The notes: a model not told the origin generated them from the letters alone. Shown: positions 29,340 to 39,979, counted from the first letter of the stretch. The stretch: DNA of 64,000 nucleotides from Candidatus Methanoperedenaceae archaeon (GCA_963753595.1 CAVWCX010000023.1:1-64000), one strand, 5' to 3'. Translations and numbers: made by a program.

Positions 29340-30290
29340 TTATTTGTCCATATTCGGTATATGATAACTTACATTGTAAACGACGTAGATTACATTTTCA
29401 ATTGAATTGTTTATAATATTTTCTGAATAACACCCTAGGGGATTAGTATAATTCGATATATTCGAATCACTGATTATTAGTGCGGAAATCTTCCCTCCAG
29501 GTGCCATTTCTCTTATTTCCATTCTAAGTTGACAAGAATATAATTCTTTCATCCAGGGAATCATAATAGCTGTTTGACCAGGTATAAATTCCCAACCTGT
29601 GATTCCTTGTTCATAAAATTTAATAGGCTTTTTTATGGTACCTGAAAGCAGAATCCCAAAATTTATGTTAATAATTGACTCGTCATTATTGTTATGAATA
29701 GTAAATGAATACATATCGTCACTTTCTGTAAATAAAGTATCTTGAATAGTTGTATTAACATAGAATTTTTCAAAATATTCTATAATTTTTGATGATTCTC
29801 CAATTCCTAAAATTGGCTTACCGTAAATATAGAATTTAGAGGTATCTTTTTGAGGGGGATTCTCACGATCAGCTACTTGAATTGCCACTGTGTATTCATC
29901 AGGTTTTAATTCAGCCGCAGGTTTGAATGACATAATATTTTTTGTGAAATTAATTGTACCATTGATAAGCCCATATTTACTACCGACCAAATTTATTCTT
30001 GAATTATCCACATCGATACCAGAACTACTCTTTTTGAGAAAATTTACAATAATAGCATCTGGTGTTTCGTTGAGAAAAGTGTTTGAACTTGGATATATGT
30101 TTGTGATGTATGGGGGCTCTGTATTCCACAAGGTATTCTCAACAAAATGTGTAATTATCGCGCCAAACATGGTTCCCAAAATAAACATAATAATACCATA
30201 CTTAATAGGATGATTATCTTTGAAATTATTATGCAGCTGTATCCCTTTATTATAGCATTTAATAATTCCTATCCAAATTCCAAATGACAT
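29340..30290 (-). CDS. AT-rich membrane-anchored protein with an Ig-like domain
   Basis: N-terminal TM segment; PPYITNIYP...SGID...FKP...YTV.IQVAD Ig-like pattern. Confidence 0.55.
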   Translation of the reverse strand: MSFGIWIGIIKCYNKGIQLHNNFKDNHPIKYGIIMFILGTMFGAIITHFVENTLWNTEPPYITNIYPSSNTFLNETPDAIIVNFLKKSSSGIDVDNSRINLVGSKYGLINGTINFTKNIMSFKPAAELKPDEYTVAIQVADRENPPQKDTSKFYIYGKPILGIGESSKIIEYFEKFYVNTTIQDTLFTESDDMYSFTIHNNNDESIININFGILLSGTIKKPIKFYEQGITGWEFIPGQTAIMIPWMKELYSCQLRMEIREMAPGGKISALIISDSNISNYTNPLGCYSENIINNSIENVIYVVYNVSYHIPNMDK

Positions 30291-30727
30291 AAATTAGAGT
30301 TATCAAAGATATTAATATTGATTAACTTATCTGCTAAATTCATGCCATAGGAAGAATAATATATCTTTCTTAATTTTTTAATTTCAATTGAAATTATAAG
30401 AGTTACGGGCATGTTGATAAGTCTTGGTTATTGTATCCCCAGATAATTACCAACATCAATTGTAACGATTATTATTCGTTCTCATTTTATTTTTCCTATA
30501 TTGAGCAAATGTTGCGTTTTTAGATAGATTTATATACTTTCGGGTATAATGTTATATTGTGCATAAATTGCACATTTAAATCAGGAGGTCACATATGTTT
30601 TACGGAATAAACGAATTGAGCGTTGTAATAGTTCTTTTTTCTTGCTGCTTAGTGAAGTTAACATATCGGTACCAACGCAATTTCAAATTGTGCAACAATT
30701 GAACAACATACTAAGAGGAGATTAGAG

Positions 30728-30919
30728 ATGAATAAAAAAATAAATATAGTAGGAATTTTAACAATTCTTTTGTCTTTGGGTATAATAGCAGTTTATGCAT
30801 CGGTACAAACGGCATTTTTGACAGGATTAGTAACAGCCCTTGTAGCCCCACCGGCTGCTGTCTTAGTAGGAATGATACACGCTGGTAGAAAGTTTCAATC
30901 ATATATTGAAGAGCTATGA
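30728..30919 (+). CDS. Small two-TM membrane protein
   Basis: 63 aa, hydrophobic, preceded by a GAGGAG Shine-Dalgarno. Confidence 0.55.
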   Translation: MNKKINIVGILTILLSLGIIAVYASVQTAFLTGLVTALVAPPAAVLVGMIHAGRKFQSYIEEL

Positions 30920-31075
30920 TCGCATCATAAATCCGCCGTCATTCTTTTTCTTGATTCATTTTTTTGATTTTGTCAAACAGTCCACTGGTTCTAATTACAT
31001 ATTTTTTTATATCAGCTTCTCGTAATATAACGCGTTTAGTGATACAGAACCAGGATCAAGAAAAAGGAATGAATA

Positions 31076-34006
31076 ATGGCCAGCAGAATTGAAGTCGGTT
31101 TTAAAAAAGGGATAAAAGATGCATTGGGAGACAGCACGAGGAAAAGGATAGTTGAAGACCTGCACATAAATGTTGAAAATGTCAGGACACTTGATGTTTA
31201 TACTATCGATGCGGATATTTCCATTGAACAGTTAAATGTTCTCGGAGATGAACTGTTTGCAGACCCTGTGATACAGGAATATTCCCATAAACCGCTCGCT
31301 GAGGATTTTTCCTGGCTCATGGAAGTGGGCTTTAAGCCTGGCGTGACTGATAATGTCGGAGCTACCGCGAAAAAAGCATCTGAAGATATCCTGAAAACCG
31401 CAATAAAAGGAGTATATTTTTCAAGACAATACCTGATAAAAGGGAGGATCACAAAAGAAGATGCAGATAAGATAGCTGGCGGGCTTCTTGCAAACACTCT
31501 CATTGAACGATGGGTAATAATAAACAATAAAGACTGGGATAAACAAAAAGGCGTACATCTGCCGCTTCCTGTCGTAAAAGGAAAACATGAACCAGCAGTT
31601 GTGGAACTTGACCTTAATATAAGTGATAAAAAATTAAAAGAATTAAGCACGCACAGACTTCTTGCTTTGAATCATGGGGAAATGATCTCTCTTAAGGAAT
31701 ATTTTAATAAAGAAGAGACGAGAAACCAGAGAAAAGATTTTGGGCTAACACTTCCTACGGATGTGGAAATTGAAGTACTTGCACAGACATGGTCTGAGCA
31801 CTGCAAACATAAAATATTCAATAGCCAGATAACTTATTCGGATGAAAAAGGAACCTCAACCATAAACTCGCTTTTTAATACTTTCATAAAGCGCGCCACA
31901 AAGGAAATAAACAAACCATGGCTTGTTTCTGTTTTTACCGATAATGCGGGTGTTATAAAATTCAATGAAGATTACAATCTGGTCATGAAGGTTGAAACAC
32001 ACAACACGCCTTCCGCTCTTGATCCGTACGGCGGCGCCATAACTGGTATTGTTGGCGTGAACCGCGATCCCCTGGGCACGGGGATCGGCGCCAGATTGAT
32101 ATTTAACACGGATGTATTTTGTTTTGCATCGCCATTCTATGATAAAGAACTCCCTGCCCGGCTTCTTCACCCAAAAAGGATATTCGAAGGCGTAAGGCGC
32201 GGAGTTGAACATGGCGGGAATAAATCCGGTATTCCCACAGTGAACGGATGTATCGTTTTTGATGAGCGATATCTTGGAAAACCTCTTGTATATTGCGGAA
32301 CTGGCGGGATAATGCCTTCAATGATCAATGGAAAACCCTCCCACCTGAAGGAGATCCATAGTGGTGACCTTATAGTTATGACCGGGGGGCGCATCGGAAA
32401 AGACGGTATCCACGGTGCTACATTCTCATCACTGCAACTTGATGAGGATTCACCCGTTACCGCGGTACAGATCGGTGACCCTATTACACAGAAAAAGATG
32501 ATTGATTTCCTTCTTGAGGCGCGTGATAAGGCATTATATGGCTCTATAACAGATGACGGCGCAGGCGGCCTTTCTTCTTCAGTAGGAGAGATGGCGCAAC
32601 TTTGCGGAGGATGCCTGATCGAACTTGATAAATGCCCCCTGAAATATCCGGGTCTTGATCCCTGGGAGATCCTTCTTTCCGAGTCACAGGAGAGAATGAC
32701 GCTTGCTGTTTCTCCTGAAAAAATCGATGAATTCCTCTCTCTTGCTAAAATAAGAGATGTCGAAGCCACTGTTATTGGAACATTTACAGATTCCGGCAAA
32801 TTCCATGTAAAATACGGAGAGAAAAATGTGGCTTACCTGGATATGGAGTTTTTGCATAATGGTCTTCCAACCCTGAAACTGAATGCGCGATGGATACAGC
32901 GCAAGTTTGAAGAACCTGTGCTCGGTGTTGTGGATCTGACCGATGTCTTAAAAAATCTTCTTTCGCGCCTTAATATCTGTTCAAAAGAATATGTCATCAG
33001 GCAGTATGATCATGAAGTCCAGGCCGGATCTGTCATAAAACCTTTGACGGGAGACGGCCCGAGTGATGCTGCGGTTATCCGCCCGCTGCTTGACAGCATG
33101 GAGGGGGTTGTTGTTGCAAATGGCATCTGTCCGAGATACGGTGATATTGATACTTACCACATGACAGCCTGCGCCATCGATGAAGCCGTAAGAAATCACA
33201 TTGCAGTGGGCGGTTCGTTCGATCATCTTGCAGGCCTTGATAATTTCTGCTGGTGCGATCCTGAAAAATCAGACAAAACACCGGATGGTGAATATAAGCT
33301 CGCCCAGCTTGTGAGGGCCAACATGGCGTTGTATGATTACACGAAAGCATATGGAGTTCCCTGCATTTCCGGAAAGGACAGCATGAAGAACGACTACCAG
33401 ATCGGAGGGAGGAAGATATCCATTCCTCCAACTGTTCTTTTTTCAACGATAGGTAAAATAGAAGATGTGCGAAAAGCAGTGACAATGGACGTGAAGCATC
33501 CTGATGACAGGGTTTACGTTCTTGGAATGACAACAGATGAACTTGGAGCTTCGGAATATTACACCTCTCTCGGATTTATCGGGAACGATGTGCCAAGAGT
33601 GAATGCCGGTTCTGCAAGAAAATTATATATTGCTCTTGAAAAAGCGATCAATGATGGAGTTGTTGCCTCCTGCCATGACTGCTCTGACGGTGGTCTTGCC
33701 GTGGCGCTTGCTGAAAGTGCATTTTCCGGCGACCTTGGTATGACCATCGAGCTGACGAAAGTCCCTGTTGAGAACATCAAGCGGTCTGATACGATATTAT
33801 TCTCTGAATCCCAGAGCCGCTTTGTGGTCACAGTGGCGCCTGGAAATGTGAAAAGATTCGAGGCGCTAATGAAAGGAAATGTGTTCGCCGATGTTGGCGC
33901 TGTCACAGCGCAGCTTAATTTCACAGTGATGGACGGGGAGAAAGTGGTGCTGAGTGAAGGGATAGATGTGCTTAAGGATGCATGGCAGAAGACATTAAGA
34001 TGGTAA
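31076..34006 (+). CDS. purL: FGAM synthase PurL with N-terminal PurS-like domains and no glutaminase domain
   Basis: QTWSEHCKHKIFN, KVETHN.PSA, GRIGKDGIHGA, LLSESQERM, SCHDCSDGG and LFSESQSR motifs. Confidence 0.93.
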   Translation: MASRIEVGFKKGIKDALGDSTRKRIVEDLHINVENVRTLDVYTIDADISIEQLNVLGDELFADPVIQEYSHKPLAEDFSWLMEVGFKPGVTDNVGATAKKASEDILKTAIKGVYFSRQYLIKGRITKEDADKIAGGLLANTLIERWVIINNKDWDKQKGVHLPLPVVKGKHEPAVVELDLNISDKKLKELSTHRLLALNHGEMISLKEYFNKEETRNQRKDFGLTLPTDVEIEVLAQTWSEHCKHKIFNSQITYSDEKGTSTINSLFNTFIKRATKEINKPWLVSVFTDNAGVIKFNEDYNLVMKVETHNTPSALDPYGGAITGIVGVNRDPLGTGIGARLIFNTDVFCFASPFYDKELPARLLHPKRIFEGVRRGVEHGGNKSGIPTVNGCIVFDERYLGKPLVYCGTGGIMPSMINGKPSHLKEIHSGDLIVMTGGRIGKDGIHGATFSSLQLDEDSPVTAVQIGDPITQKKMIDFLLEARDKALYGSITDDGAGGLSSSVGEMAQLCGGCLIELDKCPLKYPGLDPWEILLSESQERMTLAVSPEKIDEFLSLAKIRDVEATVIGTFTDSGKFHVKYGEKNVAYLDMEFLHNGLPTLKLNARWIQRKFEEPVLGVVDLTDVLKNLLSRLNICSKEYVIRQYDHEVQAGSVIKPLTGDGPSDAAVIRPLLDSMEGVVVANGICPRYGDIDTYHMTACAIDEAVRNHIAVGGSFDHLAGLDNFCWCDPEKSDKTPDGEYKLAQLVRANMALYDYTKAYGVPCISGKDSMKNDYQIGGRKISIPPTVLFSTIGKIEDVRKAVTMDVKHPDDRVYVLGMTTDELGASEYYTSLGFIGNDVPRVNAGSARKLYIALEKAINDGVVASCHDCSDGGLAVALAESAFSGDLGMTIELTKVPVENIKRSDTILFSESQSRFVVTVAPGNVKRFEALMKGNVFADVGAVTAQLNFTVMDGEKVVLSEGIDVLKDAWQKTLRW

Positions 34007-34106
34007 GTAATATTATGGTAATATTGACCAAATTATTAGCAGTTTATTATGGGAAAGGTCTTTAAACGACAATATTAAAATACATGTTGTAATTATATAC
34101 ATACAC

Positions 34107-34376
34107 ATGGAGAATGCATCAGTAACAGCCCGCCTGACGGGCAAAGAGATCAAGAAAATCGATTCACTGGTAACAGCGGGCCTATATACCACACGTTCCG
34201 ATTTCCTGCGCCATGCTGCCATGCATTTATTGCGGGAAGAAGCGCCTGAAATTCCAGACCTTTTCTTGAGAATGCATGAACAGGCGAATCAGAAACAGAT
34301 TACAAAAGATAAAATGTTAAAGGATATACGCAATGTTCGCCATGGCCTCTACAGGGAGACCTTCGGTGATGATTAA
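34107..34376 (+). CDS. Ribbon-helix-helix antitoxin
   Basis: VTARL...IDSLV..G.Y.TRSDFLR; overlaps the PIN gene. Confidence 0.8.
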   Translation: MENASVTARLTGKEIKKIDSLVTAGLYTTRSDFLRHAAMHLLREEAPEIPDLFLRMHEQANQKQITKDKMLKDIRNVRHGLYRETFGDD

Positions 34377-34818
34377 GCTCTTCCTCGATACAAATATCCT
34401 GCTTAGTTCATTGATTTCAGATAGAAAAGCGCATATCTTTTGCCTGTCTATTTTACTCCAGAATAATATCGCGTTTGTGACAAACGAATATGTTCTCAAG
34501 GAAGCGAGGAAGATCCTGGAGGAAGTTTATTTCTTAGATCAGGAAGATGTTAATCGATTTATCGAATTTCTCAGGGCTAAAATGGAAATCGTCAAGACCC
34601 CGTCAAAGGAAGAAATCAAGAAAATCAATTCAAAGGATAAATCAGACCGGCCAATTATATCTTCCGCACAAAAACATCGATGCGTTTTGATCACTGACGA
34701 TATGCCGACAAGGAACGACGCAGGAAAATATGTTTTAGCTCTTGGATCAACGGAAGCAATTGATTTTTTCAATATGCGACTGGCAAAGGAACCTTTCAAG
34801 TATGAAACAAGACGTTAA
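34369..34818 (+). CDS. PIN-domain (VapC-like) toxin
   Basis: LFLDTNIL, E, D..D and LITDD acidic PIN motifs. Confidence 0.85.
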   Translation: MIKLFLDTNILLSSLISDRKAHIFCLSILLQNNIAFVTNEYVLKEARKILEEVYFLDQEDVNRFIEFLRAKMEIVKTPSKEEIKKINSKDKSDRPIISSAQKHRCVLITDDMPTRNDAGKYVLALGSTEAIDFFNMRLAKEPFKYETRR

Positions 34819-34872
34819 GATGGCAATCGAATGTATTTTTTCTTATTTAAATAAAACGAACCATGCCCGATC

Positions 34873-35448
34873 TTATTTCACCCATACCACTTCAGGCTCT
34901 TTCCTTTCAGGGAGCTCTGAGCTGCCTTTCGGATACCCGAATATCAATGGCGCGACAATGATATAACCCTCAGGTGCGCCAAGTTCTTTAAGGAGTTCTT
35001 CATCCATCAGGGCGCGCTGGACGCCCCCTATCCAGCAGCTTCCGATGCCAATGGAATGGGCAGCAAGCATCATAGTCTGGGCGGCCATCGCGCAATCATA
35101 AGCTGCAGTGGGTGCTTTATTATTTCCAAGGATTATTACCATCAAAGGCGCGTTATAGAACATATCTGAGCCATCTGTTTTAAGAAATGCAAGGAAATCA
35201 GCCGCTGCTTGTGATGTGGTTTTAAATTGTTCCAGCAACGGGATCATGGATTTTTTCCCGGATTCAGAAAGCCGATGCAAAACATCTTTATTTTTTATCA
35301 CCAAAAAACCCCATGGCTGCATATTCATTCCTGAAGGAGCAAAACCTGCGCAATCAATGAGGAATTTAATATCGTCATCAGGGATCTGGTCCTTATTGTA
35401 CCAACGGACACATCGCCGTGTTTTTATTATTTCAATAACATCTTTCAT
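34873..35448 (-). CDS. Nitroreductase family protein
   Basis: IKTRR, APSGMNMQPW and LAAHSIGIGSCWIG motifs. Confidence 0.9.
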   Translation of the reverse strand: MKDVIEIIKTRRCVRWYNKDQIPDDDIKFLIDCAGFAPSGMNMQPWGFLVIKNKDVLHRLSESGKKSMIPLLEQFKTTSQAAADFLAFLKTDGSDMFYNAPLMVIILGNNKAPTAAYDCAMAAQTMMLAAHSIGIGSCWIGGVQRALMDEELLKELGAPEGYIIVAPLIFGYPKGSSELPERKEPEVVWVK

Positions 35449-35539
35449 ATGGCTCACCTTTGAATGTCCTTATTAGAATAGATTTCCAAATAATATAAAG
35501 AATTTCAGTAAAAAAAGAAAAGGGGAATTCACCCCCTGT

Positions 35540-36433
35540 TTAAATGAGGTCTTTGAGATAAAATTTATGCGGGCCCAGCGTACCGCCATAGTTCCCTGCG
35601 CTTATCTTTTTGACACCAGGGACTCTTACAGCTGCTGCTATACCGGCTTTCATAGATCTGCTTATTGAATCTGCGTCAAGGCCATTGATAACGATCTCAT
35701 ATATTGCATTTACATCAGCAGGCACATTTGTATCTTTTATCTTTGCTTTTATTGAAGGGCTGAATTTTTCATTGGTTGTTGCCTTCATGAATTTATAATT
35801 TGTAAATCCAACTTTTGATCCGCTTGCCACGACACCGCCGGGGAAAGGAGTGATCGTACCCGTCTGCATCATTATTGCATCAACCGCATTTTCAGCTGCT
35901 GCAAGAGCCGTCATCTGTGTATCTGCCATAATAAAGAAATTGCCGCCAGCAATACCTTCCTGCGCTCCGATACCATGCTCAGTAATGAAGTCCCCCTGCA
36001 TCATGGGGATCTTATATGCTTTTCTTCCACCAATATTGGTTTCTGATTCAAATCCATCACCAAAGAATTTGAGCTTGAATCCCGTATCAAATTGCTTCTC
36101 GGCATTCGGAAGCCCATTCCACATTGCAGCAGTTGGGGCGGTCAGGACGCACTGGCCGAGACGTTTCAATAATTGCTCTTCAAGGCTCTTATATCCAAAT
36201 GTGCATATATAAATATACACACCAGGCCTGCCGTCAGGTGTCTCGCTGCCATCCACAACTTTTTCAATGCCGGCTTCAGCAGGACACATAATTACAGAGG
36301 TTCCAAATCCTGTTGCTTCCTGTGCCGCAACCATTGCCCACCGCCGTGTTGCGCCTGTGATCAATACTCTAGCTATCTTTATCGGAAATGCTTCCGCGAA
36401 TGTATCTTCTATCTCTACTCCATTGAGTTCCAT
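35540..36433 (-). CDS. ftr: Formylmethanofuran:H4MPT formyltransferase
   Basis: IEDTFAEAF, TPDGRPG, GQCVLTAPT, PFPGGVVASGSK and SAGNYGG motifs. Confidence 0.96.
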   Translation of the reverse strand: MELNGVEIEDTFAEAFPIKIARVLITGATRRWAMVAAQEATGFGTSVIMCPAEAGIEKVVDGSETPDGRPGVYIYICTFGYKSLEEQLLKRLGQCVLTAPTAAMWNGLPNAEKQFDTGFKLKFFGDGFESETNIGGRKAYKIPMMQGDFITEHGIGAQEGIAGGNFFIMADTQMTALAAAENAVDAIMMQTGTITPFPGGVVASGSKVGFTNYKFMKATTNEKFSPSIKAKIKDTNVPADVNAIYEIVINGLDADSISRSMKAGIAAAVRVPGVKKISAGNYGGTLGPHKFYLKDLI

Positions 36434-36569
36434 AAAATATCCCTCACATGATGAACCCAAAAATATCCATTACGGGTCATCAAACAATCCGTTATTTTTA
36501 TTGTAGTACCTAATATATGCTTCGAAATGTTTCGAAAGCTTGAAAAAAAAGAGACGTTTTTTTTGTTTT

Positions 36570-36845
36570 TTAATGCATCATTTCATCCACAGCGCGGGTT
36601 GCAAGTTCCTGCATTCGCACCTGTGTTCTTCCCGGTCCTGAGAATTCATCAAGAGTCATCACAGAAGCTATTTCCTTACCAAGGATGAAGATCGCATGTT
36701 TGTGTTCAGCTTTGCTTCGATGCACATGTATGGGGCTTATCTGAAGGGACTGGTATTGGACAAATTCTCCATGGCCATTTTCCTCAAAAAACTTCTTCAT
36801 TTGCACCATTAGTGTATGTAGCTGGATCAACTCTTCTTTGTGTAT
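36570..36845 (-). CDS. UPF0058 family small protein with a probable ATA start
   Basis: HKEELIQLH...Y..L.ISP.HVHRSKAEHKHAIF.LG; AGGAGG precedes ATA CAC AAA. Confidence 0.8.
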   Translation of the reverse strand: MHKEELIQLHTLMVQMKKFFEENGHGEFVQYQSLQISPIHVHRSKAEHKHAIFILGKEIASVMTLDEFSGPGRTQVRMQELATRAVDEMMH

Positions 36846-37032
36846 AAAACCGCCTCCTATCTGTGTTTAGCTGTTTACTGCTGTGCAGTAATTCTAATCT
36901 AGTCACATCAATTCGATACTAAAACGATTTTGCTAGGAAATGTCCTTCCTATATTTTACAATTAAAGTTTACGATTTAATCATCATGATTCATAATGATT
37001 AAATCATTTAAAAATATTTTTTGGTTCATGGT

Positions 37033-37527
37033 TCAGGGATTCACGATGATTTTCTGGTGATCCTCGCGCGGGAACTCTTTTAAAAATACTTCATATTCTC
37101 CTGGTTGGGTAAATGTATAATTGAATGCCCTATACTTGTACTTCAAAAAGGAGCTTGAATTGTCCCATAAGCCTTCTTTGCTTACGATAGTAAGATAGTA
37201 ACCTGCATCTGTGGCACTTATCCATTTGACTGTATCGCCTGCATTTATTGAAAGTGTATGATTTGTATAATTTGATGAACCATTTCTTACGGTTACCTTG
37301 CGAAACCCGTATAACTCATCGACATCAGAAATATATACTGCCTGCGTTCTGGCGATTGTCGGGATTGGGGTTGGTTGTGTTGTTGTCTGAACCGCAGTCG
37401 GCGCTGGAGTCGGTGTAGCGCTCGGCGTTGCTGTCGGGACTGGAGTCACGCCAGTTTTTTCGTCAATACATCCAAGGAAAATCAAAGATAATACCATAAT
37501 AAATATTGAAATAATTTTAAAGTCCAT
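37033..37527 (-). CDS. Lipoprotein with a Pro/Thr linker and a cupredoxin-like domain
   Basis: Lipobox FLGC; PT-rich stretch; INAGDTVKW...FNYTFTQPGEY. Confidence 0.7.
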   Translation of the reverse strand: MDFKIISIFIMVLSLIFLGCIDEKTGVTPVPTATPSATPTPAPTAVQTTTQPTPIPTIARTQAVYISDVDELYGFRKVTVRNGSSNYTNHTLSINAGDTVKWISATDAGYYLTIVSKEGLWDNSSSFLKYKYRAFNYTFTQPGEYEVFLKEFPREDHQKIIVNP

Positions 37528-37638
37528 TTACCTCACCTATAGCACAAATGGATTAAGATATAAATAATATTATCGATTTGTTCTCTGATAGTGATTTATA
37601 ATATGGGTTTATTATTGATGCTTTCCATCAGACAATGA

Positions 37639-38865
37639 ATGGATAATGAGCCCATGAATGAAAAGAAGTGGATATATGAAGAGATCGTTGGCAGGATACC
37701 TCCTTTTTCTCTAATCTCCTATAAATACAGCATCCTCCTCCAATTATTATTGCTTCTTGTTATCGGCATAATCCTCGGTTTTATCTTTGACCTTGGGAAA
37801 ATTTCCCTGCTATACGGCTCACTTGCCATCCTTGTCGCAGTATCATGGAGTCTTCTGATCCTGCAACTTGCGCCAACACTTCGTAAATTCAGGGCCCCGT
37901 TAAGCAAGGATGAAAATGAATTGCTTGAGAGATATAAAGGGATACTTTTCCATAAAAATCATTATGAAGCTGTGCCAGGGCTGGCAATTTTCATCCCATT
38001 CATGATATATCTTATTTATTTTGGGACGGATTTGCTGGATATGTGGCTTGGTATATATCATCACCCGATATTATTATTGTTCGTAAGTCTCCTTATATGG
38101 GATATTTGCTACAGGATGGGACTCGGGTTATGGACATCAGTCCTTGCTTTATGGAGATCAATAAGACTTAAAAAACTCGCGGAAAAAAGAAGTGAACTTG
38201 AACATACCCCTTATACTGAACTTCGATACTTACAAAAACTTGATATCAATAATGTCTTTTTCGGACTCATTTCCCTTCTTTTATTGCCCCTTTTCAAAAC
38301 AGATCATTTTTTGGTCATGATCACGCTGGTTTTCATGGGTTTTGTAACACTGACCTCGCTTTTCTCAGCATATATAATCTCTAAAGTTCCATGGCTTCCC
38401 CCCGATATCTATAATCTTGTAAATGAGTCAAGTTTTGCATATATCGGCACTTCCCTGAAAGGAAAAACCCATGTAACGCCAGTTGTTTATGTTTTTGACG
38501 GGCAAAAAATCCTGTTCAATACTTCAAAAGAAGCAAAAAAATTAAAGATAATGCAGGAAAACAACAAGGTCGCTTTCCTGATAGATAAAAGGGATATGAG
38601 TAATATATATGAAAACAAGGCAGTCCTTTTTACCGGAGAAGTCAAAATCTATGGCATAATGGATATTCCAATTCATTTTATCCATATGCTCAGGGCTCTT
38701 TCCCTATTTATGAAAAAATATCCTGAATATACAAAAAAATATTCAACTTCAGAATTGCCAAAAGCATGGCAACTGACACCAATTATTGCAAGGATACTTG
38801 TGGAAGTAAAGCCCGTAAAAATAATCTATTGGAGAGGCGCAAAACAAATAAGTGTGCCGGTGTAA
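37639..38865 (+). CDS. Multi-TM protein with a C-terminal PPOX-like (flavin/F420-binding split-barrel) domain
   Basis: About six hydrophobic helices, then HVTPV.YVFDG...KK..IMQENNKVAFLID. Confidence 0.7.
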   Translation: MDNEPMNEKKWIYEEIVGRIPPFSLISYKYSILLQLLLLLVIGIILGFIFDLGKISLLYGSLAILVAVSWSLLILQLAPTLRKFRAPLSKDENELLERYKGILFHKNHYEAVPGLAIFIPFMIYLIYFGTDLLDMWLGIYHHPILLLFVSLLIWDICYRMGLGLWTSVLALWRSIRLKKLAEKRSELEHTPYTELRYLQKLDINNVFFGLISLLLLPLFKTDHFLVMITLVFMGFVTLTSLFSAYIISKVPWLPPDIYNLVNESSFAYIGTSLKGKTHVTPVVYVFDGQKILFNTSKEAKKLKIMQENNKVAFLIDKRDMSNIYENKAVLFTGEVKIYGIMDIPIHFIHMLRALSLFMKKYPEYTKKYSTSELPKAWQLTPIIARILVEVKPVKIIYWRGAKQISVPV

Positions 38866-38867
38866 AT

Positions 38868-39344
38868 ATGCGGATCCCTGAGGAAATACGAAATATCCTG
38901 TATGGCAATTATTTCGGTTATGTATGCACAAGCGATAAAAATGACCAGCCGCATCTGACCCCGGTTTTTTTCGTATACGATGAGAATTCCCAGAAACTTT
39001 TCTTCATAACAAATGATGGATCGAAAAAGGTCAAAAACCTGTCTGAAAATCCCAATATCAGTATTACTATCGATATCCGGGATCCTGTAAATCCTTTCAA
39101 TAATGAGGGTGTTATGGCCCAGGGTAATGCAACAATTACAGATAAAGCTCCAATTTATTTCCTGTCTGAAGAAACCCTGGAATTATACTATGACATCTAC
39201 CAGGAATTTAAAAGCAAATACAAGAAAGTAATAGAGAATAAGCCCCTTGGTGAGAACGATGTGATCGTACAGATAAATGTTGAGAAAATAGTTTATTGGA
39301 AAGGACCACATTTCAAATCATTGAAATTCAAAAAAGACGAATGA
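38868..39344 (+). CDS. PPOX-like split-barrel protein
   Basis: QPHLTPVFF...SKKVKNL.ENPNISITID; paralog of the upstream domain. Confidence 0.8.
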   Translation: MRIPEEIRNILYGNYFGYVCTSDKNDQPHLTPVFFVYDENSQKLFFITNDGSKKVKNLSENPNISITIDIRDPVNPFNNEGVMAQGNATITDKAPIYFLSEETLELYYDIYQEFKSKYKKVIENKPLGENDVIVQINVEKIVYWKGPHFKSLKFKKDE

Positions 39345-39358
39345 AAATCCTGATGTTT

Positions 39359-39979
39359 TCATTTTGATGAACCGGATTCTTTTGACCTCTTAGGGTTCTT
39401 GCCGCTTCGGCCTGCTTTTTTCAACCTGAGGTTTTGATCCATGATCTCCATAAATATCTTTTTTCTCATCATTTCGTTCTGGTTTTCAAGAAGTGCTTTT
39501 TCAAGCTCCTTTATCCTTTCCTTGAGTCCCCTGATTTCTGAATACTTTTCTTCCAGTTCCTGCTCAAGGTTATTGATAGTGACTTCGCGGCGGTGTATAC
39601 TGATCTCCATCTTCTTTTTTTCAACCGGATGAATATGTTCTGATGGCTTCATCTGGATTTTTTTTTCAATATCAGGCCTTGCCTTGCCTGAAAAAGGAAC
39701 ATTTAAAAGAGAATCCTCTATATCCTGACCTGTCAGCTTCTCAATAAAAAGCCTTGATATTCGCTGTTCTTCGGCAGAAAGGGTCCATGAAGCCCCTTTG
39801 TAGCGTTTCTCCAGACTTGCTATATCGAGCAGTTTTTCAGCTGCTGAACCACTGATCCAGCCTATGCTCTGATAGTAATTAAAAAGTCTCGGGAGATTAT
39901 TATGCCCGACCCTCTCGATAAGGAATTTAAGCCACTTTCGCTGGGTTTCGATTGTTGCGTCAGTAAGTTGTTCCAGCAT
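39359..39979 (-). CDS. ArlD/ArlE (FlaD/E)-domain protein with a C-terminal coiled coil
   Basis: KWLKFLIERVG...LFNYYQSIGWIS...L..EEQRISRLFIEKL is the FlaD/E C-terminal signature. Confidence 0.75.
   Translation of the reverse strand: MLEQLTDATIETQRKWLKFLIERVGHNNLPRLFNYYQSIGWISGSAAEKLLDIASLEKRYKGASWTLSAEEQRISRLFIEKLTGQDIEDSLLNVPFSGKARPDIEKKIQMKPSEHIHPVEKKKMEISIHRREVTINNLEQELEEKYSEIRGLKERIKELEKALLENQNEMMRKKIFMEIMDQNLRLKKAGRSGKNPKRSKESGSSK

Noticed and set aside
34107-34818. RHH-PIN pair as a novel system
   Set aside because: It is an ordinary VapBC-type toxin-antitoxin arrangement, common in archaea.
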